A DNA stretch of 64,000 nt from Octopus sinensis (lineage: Eukaryota), in contig NC_042997.1 in the NCBI RefSeq assembly GCF_006345805.1, positions 140,368,001 to 140,432,000 on the forward strand. Direction: 5' to 3'. A model generated the notes under the pieces. That model made no database searches. It was not told the DNA's origin and saw only the letters and a program-made list of their open reading frames with translations. Positions 50,082 through 62,961 of the stretch are shown in pieces. Position 1 is the first letter of the stretch. Every line of letters starts with the position of its first letter. The position numbers and the translations under genes were made by a program.

Positions 50082-50348
50082 GGTATGTTTATGTCCTTAG
50101 TGGTTCAGCAAAAGAGATCGCTAGAATAAGTGTCAAGCTTTAAAAAAAAAATAACAATAGGTACTGCAGCTGATTCATTCGAGTGCAGTTTCTCAAGGCG
50201 GTGCCCCAGCATGGTCACAGTTTAATGACTGAAACAAGCAAAATATTAAAATCTGTATACTCCCGGTATACATACTAAACTACAAATACTACCAATAGAT
50301 GAGTAAGCATACAAAGGTACTCACACACAGACACCTTCATGTGTGCAT

Positions 50349-50392
<44 letters not shown>

Positions 50393-50967
50393 AAGTAGGT
50401 GTGTGTATGTGTATGTGTGTGTGTGTGTGTGTGAGTGTGTGTGTGTGTGTGTGCATACAGCCATTTAGCTCAGATACGACAGACACCATTACACATTAAA
50501 AGACTTATAAAACAACACGGTGATTAAACTTCATTAAGCAGACGACACTTAATAACAGACTGGCCGCATTAATTATTATGGCAACAAATACGGCGACACT
50601 AATCATCTTTGACCGTAACGATCTTAATTAATTCCACCCATCGTTACATTGTCACGTTAATTCTCTCTCACTCTGTGTTTACATACATGCTTACATTTTA
50701 CCTTTCGGTATCAACACTGCTTCTGTCGCTCTATTATATATATATATATATATATATATTATTATTATTACCAATTTATATTCATGTTTTTTTTATAATA
50801 ATTACTGGTATCCTTATATATTACTATATTTTATATTTTAAAGAATAATATGTTATATACATGTATGTTATTGTAATTGTCAGTTTAGTAAATAAATAAA
50901 TAAGTTAACATTTTAATGTCCAAATGTTGATGAACCACCTATTGTTCTCCTCCAGTTTCTTATTTGC

Positions 50968-51009
<42 letters not shown>

Positions 51010-51769
51010 ATCCAAACATGAACACACACACTTTGTTTTACTATTTACTTCATTTAATTCTTATCTTCTCCTTTTGAATCCTTCTTGCTTGCTTTTCTTC
51101 TACCAATCTTTTCTTTCTTTATACATTTTCTCTTCGTTTTTTTAAAAAGTCACTTCGTTAAATTCTTCTCTTTTTCCTTTCTCCCTTTCACATAGCCATT
51201 CTTCTTCTTCTTCTTTCTTCTTCTTCTTCTTCTTCTTCTTCTTCTTCTTCTTCTTCTTCTTCTTCTTCTTCTTCTTCACCACCACCACCACCACCACCAC
51301 TACTACTACTTGCTATTCTTCCTCATCCTCATCCTCATCCTCCTCTTCTGACCTCTTCTTTTCTTCTCTCATTTTTTTTTCCTTTTCTTCCTTACTTACG
51401 CATTTCCTTCAACGTCTCGTTATTATTCTCATTTCCTGTCACAATTTACATATTATTGTTGTTGCTGCTCTTTGGTTCCATTCTCTTGAGCCAACCAAAC
51501 AAATTTCTAGGTGCTCGCTCGACCTATTAGAGATAAGTTCTCCAACCGATTCTTCTCAAACCACACCTTAACAAAGAATTTCTCAACCGGTAACCGCGTT
51601 TCTTCGAAACTCGAGTATTCCACGCGAGGTCGCAAGAGGTTCCGCAAAACAAGTGATAAATATTCTAATTATATACATATACAACTTTTTGTCATTTTTT
51701 GCATTTAATCCTATATTAATAAATACATTATACACACACACACACACACACACGCACACGGGCGGATAA

Positions 51770-53445
51770 GGTGACAAAATGGCAGATTCGTTAACGCATC
51801 GTTCAAAATACATTGCGGCATTTCGTCTGTCTTTGTGTTCTGATTCCAAATTCCGCCGAGGTCGACTTTGCCTTTCATCCTTTCGGGGTCGATAGAATAA
51901 TTACAAGTTGAGTACTGGGGTCGTTGTTATCGACTAACCCCCTCTCCCACAATTTCAGGCCTTGTGCCTATAAAAAGAAAGGGCTATACACACGTGCGGA
52001 CAAAATGCTTAACGGCATTCCATCCAGCTCTTCACGGTCTGAGTTTAAATTCCGCCGAAGTCAACTTTACCTTTCATCCTTCAGCGTCGATAAAATAAGA
52101 ACTAGTTAAGCACCGGGAGGCTAAGCAATCGACTCATTCCGACATCAAAACTTTCAGACCTTGAGCCTATAATAGAAAGAACTAGCAGTATCGCCCGGCG
52201 TTGCTCGGGTTTGTAAGGGAAATAACTATAAAGCATTTTTAGAGAGTTATAGCCAAAAAATGGGAAAAAAAATGATGGTAAATTTTTTTTTTAGTTAAAA
52301 AGGTCGAGTTGCGTCCCCTAGACAGTCTGTGGTTTGTGTTTCTAATTCTCGACCCCATGTCGAATTTATCGATTTTTTTCAGAACTAGGGGAACTTTTCA
52401 AAATTTTCGCAGAGTTAGTTTTGAATTATGACATTGGGCTATGTGTGTGTCAAGTTTCATCAGAATCGGTTGAAAGCCGTGGTCAGGGTGAGGGTACAAC
52501 CTAACAGACACACAGAAACACACACAGACAAACTGCCGCTTATATATAGAGAGATTATAGATACAGAGATAAGGCGGCGAGCTGGCAGAAACGTTAGCAC
52601 GCCGGGCGAAATGCGTAGCCGTATTTCGTCTGGCGTTACGTTCTGAGTTCAAATTCCGCCGAGGTCGACTTTGCCTTTCATCCTTTCGGGATCGATTAAA
52701 TAAGTACCAGTTATGCACTGGGGTCGATGTAATCGACTTAATCTGTTTGTCTGTCCTTGTTTGTCCTCTCTATGTTTAGCCCCTTGTGGGCAATAAAGAA
52801 ATAAGAATCGTTGGCGCTCTGGACAAAATGCTTAACCGCATTCCTTAGCGGAATTTTATGTTCTAAGTTCGAATACCACCGCGGTTAACTTGGCCTTTCC
52901 ATCCTTTCATAGACAATAGATAAGAACCAGTTGAGCACTGAAGTCTTTGTTATCGATAAAGACCCCAAATTTCTGATCTTGTGCCTATAGTCGAAAGAAT
53001 TATACACATACGGCATATTCTCACAAGTAGGAAAATCCTGGCAGGAATGTAGGGAAAATCCTGGCAGGAATGTAGGGCAGGAATGAAGGCGGCGAGCTGG
53101 CAGAAACGTTAGCAAGCCGGGCGAAATGCTTAGCGGTATTTCGTCTGCAGTTACGTTCTGAGTTCAAATTCCGCCGAGGTCGACTTTGCCTTTCATCCTT
53201 TCGGGGTCGATAAATTAAGTACCAGTTATGCACTGGGGTCGATATAATCGACTTAATTCGTTTGTCCTCTCTGTGTTTAGCCCCTTGTGGGTAGTAAAGA
53301 AATAGGTATTTCGTCTGCCATTTCGTCTGAGTTCAAATTCTGCCGAGGTCGACTTTGCCTTTCATTCTTTCGGAGTCGATAAATTAAGTTCCAGTTACAC
53401 ACTGGGGTCGATGTAATCGACTTAATCCCTTTGTCTGTCCTTGTT
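51770..53445 (+). mobile_element. Cluster of about six family-A-type SINE units (young at 52571-52802 and 53086-53305; others diverged or partial)
   Basis: Repeated ttccgccgaggtcgactttgcctttcatcctttc-like cores, all on the plus strand; interrupted by Helitron H8. Confidence 0.8.
52182..52554 (-). mobile_element. Non-autonomous Helitron H8 (H2-type 5' end, H1-type 3' end)
   Basis: 5' A|TCTCTCTATATATAAGCGGCAG as in H2; 3' cccgagcaacgccggg..CTAG|T as in H1/H3/H5/H6. Confidence 0.85.
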
Positions 53446-53482
53446 TTATATATATATATATATATATATTATCCGAAGTGAA

Positions 53483-53572
<90 letters not shown>

Positions 53573-54717
53573 TATATATATATATATATTATCTGAAGTG
53601 TATGGTATTATATACCCATCACAGCCGATTTTATCAATCGGTATTATATGGATATATGATACTGTACACTTCGGATAACATATCTCTCTATTGACAGATA
53701 TACGAGTGCATCTTTTTCCTGACTAATAGACCTTTAGACGACTTACGCACGCACACGCTGCCACACACACTGCAGAGTATATTAAGATAGGTCGTCCGTG
53801 TCTTGTGCTATATATATATATATATACATATCTTGTGCATCTATCATTCGTGCAAGCATATCACTCTTTGACCAAGTGACCAGCGTCAACCAATGAAACT
53901 GTATCTCTGATAGCATTTTAAGCAAAATTTAAAATTCCAGTCAAAGTCGAAACAAATTCGGCATAGTTCAAAAGCCCTCCATTCTTATTCCCTACTCCGT
54001 TGGATGTGTTCGGAAAAGCATACAAAAGACAAAACTTTTCGTGGTTTTGTGGAAGTTCTATATATTCTCGCCCTTTCATTTTGTTTTAAAGCATTTATAT
54101 ATCAATGTTCCAATCTTTTATTTCAGAGAAAATATGATAAACATAAGATACATATATTCCTTATGATAAGATACATATATTCCCTATGCATGTTTCGCCA
54201 TTGTGTCTATTTAATCCTCTGGAATGCGTGTACACAGTACAACTGGATGCAGGGAATATATGATATGAACTACATTCCGTGCTAATCCTTTTTTCGTACA
54301 TTTGCTTTGTATATTGTATCCGGTTTGTGTTACTCAGCCCAGTAGGGACCACGCCATTTTACATGTACATCGGATGATGATACTCTATGTAAAGCTCTCA
54401 ATTCACCAATTGCAGTCGTACGTCTGACAGTACACACAGGAAATACACTATTTAATATAAAGAACGAATACTATCAATAATATTTTAAAAATTTTATACT
54501 TGTTTCAGTCATTGGCCCGCGGCTATGCTGGAGCACCACTTTGAAAACTTTAGTCGAACAAATCGACCCCAGTACTTATTTTTTAAGTCTGATATTTATT
54601 CTACCGAATTATTCTTTTGCCGAATTATTAAGTAACGTGGACGTAAACAAGCCAACTCTCGTTGCAAAGAACAACACAAACCACAACCACAAAGATATAT
54701 ATATATATATATGTGTG

Positions 54718-54949
54718 AAGGCGGCGAGCTGGCAGAAACGTTAGCACGCCGGGCGAAATGCGTAGCCGTATTTCGTCTGTCGTTACGTTCCAAGTTCAAA
54801 TTCCGCCGAGGTCGACTTTGCCTTTCATCCTTTCAGGGTCGATAAATTAAGTACCAGTTACGTACTGGGGTCGATGTAATCGACTTAATCCCTTTGTCTG
54901 TCCTTGTTTGTCCCCTCTATGTTTAGCCCCTTGTGAGTAGTAAAGAAAT
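54718..54949 (+). mobile_element. Family-A SINE (family-B 3' half on the minus strand at 54500-54690)
   Basis: Full consensus match. Confidence 0.9.
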
Positions 54950-55127
54950 ATATATATATATGTACACAAATCTATCTGTCTGCCTGTCTGTCTATCTATC
55001 TATCTATCTGTTTGTCAATGATTTTTTTAACTTCAAGAGGACATTTCCTCTAGCTGGTTAACGATGCAACCTGCATCCGATATATTGCAAGCTGGGAAGC
55101 GAACTCCTATCACCTTCTATTGACGGG

Positions 55128-55180
55128 GTCAGCAGACCAGCCTGGTTTCAGGCTATTTCTGCCCTTCTTCAGTGCTGGAC
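55128..55180 (-). ncRNA. Type I hammerhead ribozyme, all core nucleotides present, GUC cleavage site
   Basis: Minus strand cagca CTGAAGA a gggc-agaaata-gcct GAAA cca-ggc-tgGTC|tgctg; predicted cleavage between 55135 and 55134. Confidence 0.85.
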
Positions 55181-55699
55181 ACATTGTCTGCTAGAGAATA
55201 ATTCTTTATTACAGGTACAAGGCCTAATTACAGAGGTGACATACAAATACATGCGGGAACATAAAACATATGAAGGATGAATGTGAAATTAATATATTTA
55301 CAATGCAAATGAGTCGGCCATCTCGCTCCCGCTGCGAGATGAAACCGTGTATTCCTTTAACACAACCTTTAGCCTCGCTCCGAGGCGAAACCGCGACTTT
55401 CCTCTTCACTTTTGCCCTATCGTAATAACCCTTTTAAACCAACGTTCATACAGTTCTTACTTATTTCTTTTCATTTTTTTTTTCAACTAAAAGAAAACCA
55501 AATGTTTATTACAGTGTTAAAAAAGACATTAGGAAACCTGTTTATTTAACAGTTTCAAATTCTTTCATTATTTTTCCTTTTTTTTTTCCTAAAAAGTTCA
55601 AACAATCATTTCTCTCACTTACAGTCTTTACAAAATTATAATGACTTACCACTTATTCCTTTCGAGCTGGGGTGTCCTATTTCACTATAATTTTTCTTT

Positions 55700-56873
55700 T
55701 CATGTTTTTCTCTTTTTGCTCCTATTTTCCTGCTGTTTTATGGGTTCTTGTATTTCCGTCTCTAAGTCTGTGTGTTCGTGTATTTGTGTGTCTGTGTGTT
55801 TGTTTGACTGCAACTCTACGTGTTTCGTCCGCGTGTCTATGTCTTTAGGTTTCCGTAATTCTGGGTTGTCTCGTTTCTGGTCTGAATGACTTTGTACTTT
55901 TAATTCCTTAGCTGGTACTTCCACTGGTAAATTTTCTCCGTTTCTCGTCGTGGGTTGAGTTTCTTCTTCCATTTCTTTGCATTTCTTCACTTCCACTGTC
56001 GTCGGTGGCTTTCTTCTCTCTTTTCCTGGGTTTTACCTCCACCAAATTCCCATCATATTCTGTTCTCTGCTTCTGCTTTTTCCCCACCACTATCTCTTCC
56101 TGTACATTCTCTTCCACCATTTCTATTGCTGCTCTAGGGCATTTCCTTCTCAGGTGCCCTCTTTCACCGCATCCGTAACATTGGGGAGGGGGGGTCTCCC
56201 CTCCAACATTACTTCCAGTTTTTCGCCGTTTGGTAATTCCACAGTTTCCGCCATTTCATCGTAATATTCTGGGCTTACGGCGCAAATTATTTCAACACCA
56301 TATCCCCACGAGTTCAATTGCTGAGTTCTGCTTACTATGCAAATCTCCAGGTTTTCACTTCCTTTCACCAGCTCTGAATTAAAAATTGCGACTATCACCC
56401 ATTCTGGATCTATCGATGGCGGGATTCTTCCCACCCTGACCCTGACGATTCTTTCGCCCAGACAGTTCGGCATTAACGTCCATTTCTCTCCAAGTATCAG
56501 TCTGTTGTCGTTCATTTCCGCCTCCTCTTCTGATGCAAAGGTGACTATTATAGTCACGTATCCCCTTCCTCTTGTAACGAAAGTTATCCCTTCTCTCATT
56601 CGTTCCGTCAATATTTCTTCTATCTCTTCCTGCGGCGCGTGCTCTATTCTCCTATTTTCATTCGAAAATGTTCTGAATATCACCGTCCTACTTTCCAATT
56701 TTCTTTTTTCCTCCTCTGGCAGGGTCATTTTTGTTTGACCTTTCTTTTTTTATCATGCCATAATATTTTGCTATCTTCTCCTCATTCCACTCCATCCTTT
56801 TCGGCTTCAGCATACATGGGTCTATAGCATCTCGACCTCCAGTAGCTTCCGCGTAACTCTTCTTTTCTTCCAT
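55700..56873 (-). pseudogene. Gag-like ORF1 of a non-LTR retroelement with CCHC knuckle; no ORF2
   Basis: ORFs 56688-56873 and 56150-56728 (RIVRVRVGRIPP..LEVMLEGRPP); after a frameshift in a G-run, CYGCGERGHLRRKC (CX2CX4HX4C) and a charged low-complexity tail. Confidence 0.75.
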
Positions 56874-57055
56874 TATTCACTTCCACCCAACGATGGTTGC
56901 TTTTTTTTTTAATTGCATGAACTAAAAGTTAGAGGGGACGTGATAAAATACCTGCATCAACTTGTTATAAAGGCAAGTAGTAATTTTACTTTGTCCTTAT
57001 TCTTAGTGCAAGTTTTGAAGAGTGCAGTTCGATTTTCATAGTTATTTTTTCAAAA

Positions 57056-57450
57056 CTATAATGTAAGTGACAAAGGAGTATATTCGGTATATTTTGCTTT
57101 ATGAGTTCAATAAAGGCAACAACACAACGGAAAGTGCGAGGAATATTAATGCAGTATATGGGGATCGGACAATAAGTGTAAGTCAGTATCAACGGTAGTT
57201 CCAGAAATTCCGAGCTGGAAACTATAGCTTAGAAGACGAGCCTCGTCCTGGATGATCTGTAGAGCTCGACGAGGACGTTCTGCAAACCTTGGTAGAAAAA
57301 AATTCCATCGTAACTGTTGAGGAACTAGCAGAGAAGCCTGAATTTCGTCATTCAGCCATTTTGCGACACCTGCGGTGGTGCCATCGGAAAAGTCAGCATA
57401 TTGGGTCAATGGGTTCCTCACAAACTTTCCGAGTCTTATCGCGCAAGGAG
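57056..57450 (+). pseudogene. Mariner transposase N-terminal (HTH) fragment
   Basis: YIRYILLYEFNKGNNTTESARNINAVYG..FQKFRAGNYSLEDEPRPG..GQWVPHKL; stops present. Confidence 0.88.
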
Positions 57451-57894
57451 TGTAACCACTACGTATTCCATAAGTGTTTGTTTTCATAACAATAGGAATT
57501 CGATTTGAGAATGGTGTGAAAATTTTAGAACACTGACGAGAGGACCACGACTTTTAATGTATCTTGCTTGATGGAAAAAGTAAAGACAGAAGAGGATACT
57601 GTAATTACTAATGTTTTGGCATGCTATCCCCACCACCACCACCACCACCACTTCTCGCTACTGTGAGAGATGACGGAAGAGGCAGCGAACGCGCTGTTTT
57701 CTGATTGGCTGAAAATTTTGAAAATTATCAAACTTTGAACACCTGTAATATTTTCGCAAAATTTTTCTGGAATAAATGAATAACAAATTCGGATTCATCG
57801 TTACAAATTACATCTGTATGCTACATTAAAAAAACATTTTCTTTTAAGATTTCAACATGCAGTGACTCAAACCACAAACATCCCGCACTTCTTT

Positions 57895-57950
57895 TCTTGA
57901 GGGGTCATGTGCCCCTCAGCCCCCACCCTACCCCAGGTCCGCTTCTGATA
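57895..57950. mobile_element. hAT-type MITE right end
   Basis: gtgcccctcagccccc..ggtccgcttctg; reverse complement resembles CAGGGGCGGATC-type termini. Confidence 0.4.
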
Positions 57951-58027
57951 TCAGACAGTACAGCAATGGGCACAGAAAATGGTTTTAGCCAATACTCCAG
58001 CTTCCCATCTTTTTTCAATGAGGTCAC

Positions 58028-58181
58028 CTGCTCGCCATTTATGCAATTTAGCCAACATTCCTTTTTCTTGCATTCGTATACTTCTTTCATTTCCTTCAAT
58101 TGACCATATCCAGTCGTTTCTCTGGCCAGGAAATCCTGTAGCAGGGATATTTGGCAGAGTCCCAAACTTCAATTCATTGTC
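58028..58181 (-). other. Candidate 154-nt host exon or unidentified decayed ORF
   Basis: gatttcag|GACAAT..GCAG|gtgacc; open frame DNELKFGTLPNIPATGFPGQRNDWIWSIEGNERSIRMQEKGMLAKLHKWRA; family not recognised. Confidence 0.25.
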
Positions 58182-58753
58182 CTGAAATCGTGGTCGAATT
58201 ACTGTGGTTGGACGTGAAAGAAAAAAGCAGCAAAAAAATAATAAATAATTCATAAAATAAAATAAAAATAACAGAAACAGGATACTGTCATTGTATGATG
58301 ACGACATCAAAGAACTGACCACTAAAATCAATTAGTCAGCAGATGTTAAACTCAGTGTTGTAAAAAAAAACAAGGGATTGTCATTGTCGTTCATCGCAAT
58401 GGGAACTATATTTTCTGAAATATTTTTTATCATTACATACATACAAACATACATACATACATACATGCATACATACATACATACATACATACATACATAC
58501 ATACATACATACATACATACATACTACATACACACATACACGCACATACATACGCACACAACTACGTGCACACATACGTACACACATACATATATACATA
58601 CATACACACACACATACACGCATACATACATACACACATACATACATACATACACACATACACGTACATACATACACACACATGCATGCACACACACGTA
58701 CACACATACACACACACATACGTACATACTTACATACATACATAAATGCATAC

Positions 58754-58793
<40 letters not shown>

Positions 58794-58898
58794 CTATCTG
58801 TCTGTCTGTCTGTTTGTCTACCTATATTATACTGAAACTCAAAATTTGTCTGTTTTCTTGCCATTTAATTAAGACGATAAAGATTACAAATAAAAATG

Positions 58899-59340
58899 CA
58901 GTTACCACTCACCATATCGCGACTTACCTATCGCGCCCTCAGTACATCGCGGATTTTTCTGGCTAATATATGTAAATTCATATCGCGGTCTCTTCAGTAT
59001 TTCGTGGGTTTCTGCGGCCGAAAAGTATTTATATTTTTTTAGATTTTAATTATTTCTGTGGTAAAATAAGCATTTTAACGCCTCAAAATTGATAAATACA
59101 AATACAGTACAGTACTGCACTGTATAACACATTAATTAAAATATATTAAAAGAAAATACGTGGTGTACGGTAGATGAGTAAACAAGAATCGCACATACTG
59201 CATGGAAAACGGAACTCGGGAGGCGAGTGTGTAGTGTTGTGTTGCATTTATAATAAAATAAATATATACAAATTATAAAAATAATAAGAAATACAGTACT
59301 GTTTTCGAACGTAACACCCGCGATAGTTGAGGGATTACTG
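58899..59340. mobile_element. Tigger/pogo-type MITE
   Basis: cagttaccactcaccatatcgcg and cgcgatagttgagggattactg|TA imperfect TIRs. Confidence 0.7.
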
Positions 59341-59659
59341 TAGTCATTTCCCTCTTTAAGAAAAAAATAATAAGATTGAAAATGTCGACACTTCAAAGAG
59401 GCGTCGGTAGTTACCGCTCTTCGTCCTTTTTCCTTGCTTTCTTTTTTCTTCCCTTAACCATTATTACAACTCCCGAGTCCCGTAGACTGAAAGAAATTCT
59501 CCCTATGCTTTTATGAGATATTTTTTCGAATCACGGGTACTTTCTTTAAAATATTCTCGCAGTATGAAGATTTATTTACTTTAATATATATATATAGACC
59601 ATCTCTTTATAGACGAAAATCAGTTGCATTGGGAGGAGACGAATCATATAAGAATGGAA

Positions 59660-60240
59660 ATACAAAAAATGGGTAGTACCTTATAATGAAACTCTTTTAA
59701 GAGCATTCAAATGCCACTGCAACATTGAAATCGTTGCTTCTGTGAAGTGAATTAAGTACGTCATCAGATATAATCTAAAAGGAAATAACCAAACTGCTGT
59801 TCAAATAAACAATGATAATGAAATTAGTTAATATCTAAACGATAGGTAAATTGGACCATCCGAAGCAGTTACAGCCATTTTAGGATTTTCAATTCATGAA
59901 AGAGCACATGCTATAGTGAGACTGCAAGTTCATCTACCAGATGAACAAAGAATATTGTTCAGAACCAATGAGGATATATATAGCTGTCAATGAACGACAT
60001 ATTAGAACAACATTGACAGAATTTTTTTATTGTGCATCAATGATAACTTTGCAAAAACATTACTTTATACTGAAGTACCCATGTATTTTACTTGGAACAG
60101 TAATAACAAAGAATGGCAAGTAAAAAGCAAGGAAAAAAGTTGAAGGCCATTTGAATGTTTTGAAAGAAGAAACACTAGGTCATGTTTATGTGTCACACCA
60201 AAGTCAGGAGAACTGTATTATTTAAGAATTTTAGTGCATG
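59660..60240 (+). pseudogene. Helitron Rep-domain fragment
   Basis: KWVVPYNETLLRAFKCHCNIE..IKYVIRY..IGPSEAV..IHER..VRLQVHLPDEQ..LYTEVPMYFTW..LYYLRIL. Confidence 0.85.
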
Positions 60241-60410
60241 AGACCATCGATGCACAGGTTTTGTGTCTGAGGGACTGATTTTCCTCATGCTACAATCAAA
60301 TAAGTACATTTGTCTTCTGGCCAAATTCCATTCCTATGTCAGCTGAAAATGTCGTTGTTGATTCCAGCAGTTTTTTTACATTGTTAACATTTTTATCATA
60401 AGTCTTGAGG
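60240..60410 (-). pseudogene. RLE-type LINE internal RT fragment
   Basis: LKTYDKNVNNVKKLLE..FSADIGMEFG. Confidence 0.65.
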
Positions 60411-60419
60411 CTATGTATG

Positions 60420-60730
60420 TATGTCATTATTCAGTTTTATTTCAAGATTTCTTCCCAATAGAGAAAGACCCGGTTTCAAACCTAGATCCAAGGCTCCTTC
60501 ATTGGAATTTCAACAACATCAACGGGTTATTTTTGCATGTACGTGCAGTATTTGAAGTCAATGCATGTGCAGATTTGTATGTTTTGTTTTATATATGTAT
60601 TCTCATGCATATAGTTGCATGTCTAGGCATGTACACATATATACTTAGATGCTAAACTTCTGGAAAGTTTTACAGATTTTTACAGATTTTTACAGTTTAT
60701 TGCATGAAGTTCGAAATAGTATTTTTTCCT
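60420..60730 (-). mobile_element. RLE-type LINE 3' end (same family as 20790-21690)
   Basis: KICKTFQKFSI* and homologous 3' UTR ending aataatgacatacatacata. Confidence 0.7.
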
Positions 60731-61132
60731 TTCCTGATGCGCATCGACATTTTCAATTTGGAGTGATTGTGATCCAACGGGTCACGGCGGATGCATCTAG
60801 TATACATACATACATACATACATACATACATACATACATACATACATACATACATACATACATACATACATACATAATAATAATGTAATAAGTAATAATT
60901 ATTACATTATTATTATTATGTATGTATGATAAATAGATAGATAGAGGTTTACCGTAATTTCTTAGGCTCAGACCAGAACAATCTTCAACTTAAGGCATCA
61001 TTAGTATAAATACTTGTAATAACTTTTATAACTTACTTTTACTTATGTGCAATGTGCTTCCTTTTCTCTCCAGTACTAAGATTCTGAATTTCAAAGTCTT
61101 AAAGAATTGCAGCATGCTTAGGTCATTAGTTA

Positions 61133-61665
61133 TCTATATAAATAAAAATGAAATTCTTCTGTTCGGAACCCCTGTATCTCTCTCTACATTTGCTCTACAA
61201 AGACATATTATACCTCTTTGAAATCAGTATGATCCCAGGATTGAAAATCTGACCTTCATTTGGTACATGAACATCCAGCATTGGGATCTGTTGTAAGAGC
61301 ATTTGGGCTGCTATTTCTAGCAAGTAAGGCGGCCGTGAGAGGTTTCAAACGGTTTACAAGAGTTACTTCAAATGCGACATTCTGTATAAGAAAACTGACA
61401 GAAACATTTTTGAATTTAATACTAAAACTGTTTGACTTTAATACCAAAAACATTGTAACAGTCACCCCCGTTACCTACAATAATAGAATTAACAAGAATC
61501 AAGGACAATCACTCAAAATTGTTGGACTTCACCTCATTCAGCAATGCTTTTTCCGCGGTCAGCTCTATGTTGGTTGTTCCAGAGTTGGAAATGGCAACAA
61601 TCTCTTCGTAGTAACACCAGATGGTAAAACGAAGAATATTGTTCATCCTGCTGCTTTACTGTGAT
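61133..61665 (+). mobile_element. Non-autonomous Helitron remnant with helicase C-terminus
   Basis: A|TCTATATAAATAAAAATG 5' end; INKNQGQSL..GQLYVGCSRVG..KTKNIV; no CTAG 3' end found. Confidence 0.75.
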
Positions 61666-61733
61666 CTCTAAATGTCACAGTGATACAAAATTCTCCAAAT
61701 GTGATTCTCTGTGATATAAACCTGAGTTGGTAG

Positions 61734-62148
61734 TGTAGTGACGCCAGGTTTTAGACGCCATTTTTGGATGTCCATCTGCGCATGTGCAATGTTTAGTGTC
61801 TTCCGGTAGGCCGCCGAAAGTCCCCTGATGCGCATGCGCAGTAATCAAGGGCAGTTAGCCTTTCCCGCTATTCCAAGCCTCTTGGCTCTTGGCGGTCGAT
61901 AAATTAAAACGTGTCCCAACAAGGCTCCGAGCAAAGGGCGAACCAGACTCGAATGGCTAACCAGACTCCGCAGGCGGTGAAGACTGTTTTAACAGTGGTG
62001 ATTTAATCCGACTCTTCTGCTTTCCTAACCCCTGGCGTTCATGCTACCGATGACCAGCGATGAAGTATCTCCTTCTGTGAAATAATAAACTATTATTGTT
62101 ATTTATTCAGCTATTCGTGTTCCTGCCGTTTTATTCCCTTCTAGAACA
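61734..62148 (+). mobile_element. Possible solo LTR
   Basis: Starts TGTAGTGACG, GC-richer interior, aataaa near the end, ends ..AGAACA; no TSD. Confidence 0.35.
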
Positions 62149-62961
62149 TTGTAGGGAAATGTGTGAGGCACCCTACAAGTGCAGATATCACACAGAGATA
62201 GATAACTAACAATAAATGTTTTATTATTATTGCTCTCCTCAGTTTTGGGGTGAAGGCTCCCAATTGGCGCTCCGCAGTAGCTAGCTTAAAAGTCCGCATG
62301 GAGTGCGAACTTTTAAGCTAGTAAGAAATTAGGTAGGAAAAAACACACGTTTTTATTGATTATGTACGATATTCTGACTCCTGAGAATAAGTAATTTTTA
62401 ATCCTGGAAACGCGTAGTAAGCAAGATTTCTTTAAAACTCTGATATCTATCTACTTTTGAGCCGGGAATGCTCTTACATTAAGTACATTACACTCCCGCT
62501 GAGTCAGTTGACAAAGATACTTAGTGTTAAACTTAAACTGAACTATGACATGTATGAGTATTAATTACCTGTAGGGACACAGTAAGCATTGTTATCACAG
62601 TAGGAAACAGTATTGACTAATAAATCGTTTAATATAAACTTTGTAGTATATTATTACATGAATATGCTTACATGTTAGTTTGTATCTTGTTTATGTACGG
62701 CAGGGTCGGCACTCCCAGCCAATTTCATCATTAAAAAATTGTTTTTGATACATAACAGGGACATACCGATGCATTTCAATATAAAACTGAACAGATTTCC
62801 TCACCAGTCGGAGCACCGGGACAGATTTTTCAAATTACGATGCTTTGGTAACATTAACTGTGTATGTATGTATGTATGTATGTATGTATGTATGTATGTA
62901 TGTATGTATGTATGTATGTATGTATGTATGTATGTATGTATGTATGTATGTATGTATGTAT

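Noticed and set aside
57951-58181. Resemblance to ionotropic glutamate receptor S2 (ELKFGTL and MQEKGMLAKLHKW)
   Set aside because: The two motifs are only about 35 residues apart, far closer than in a real S2 lobe; treated as chance.
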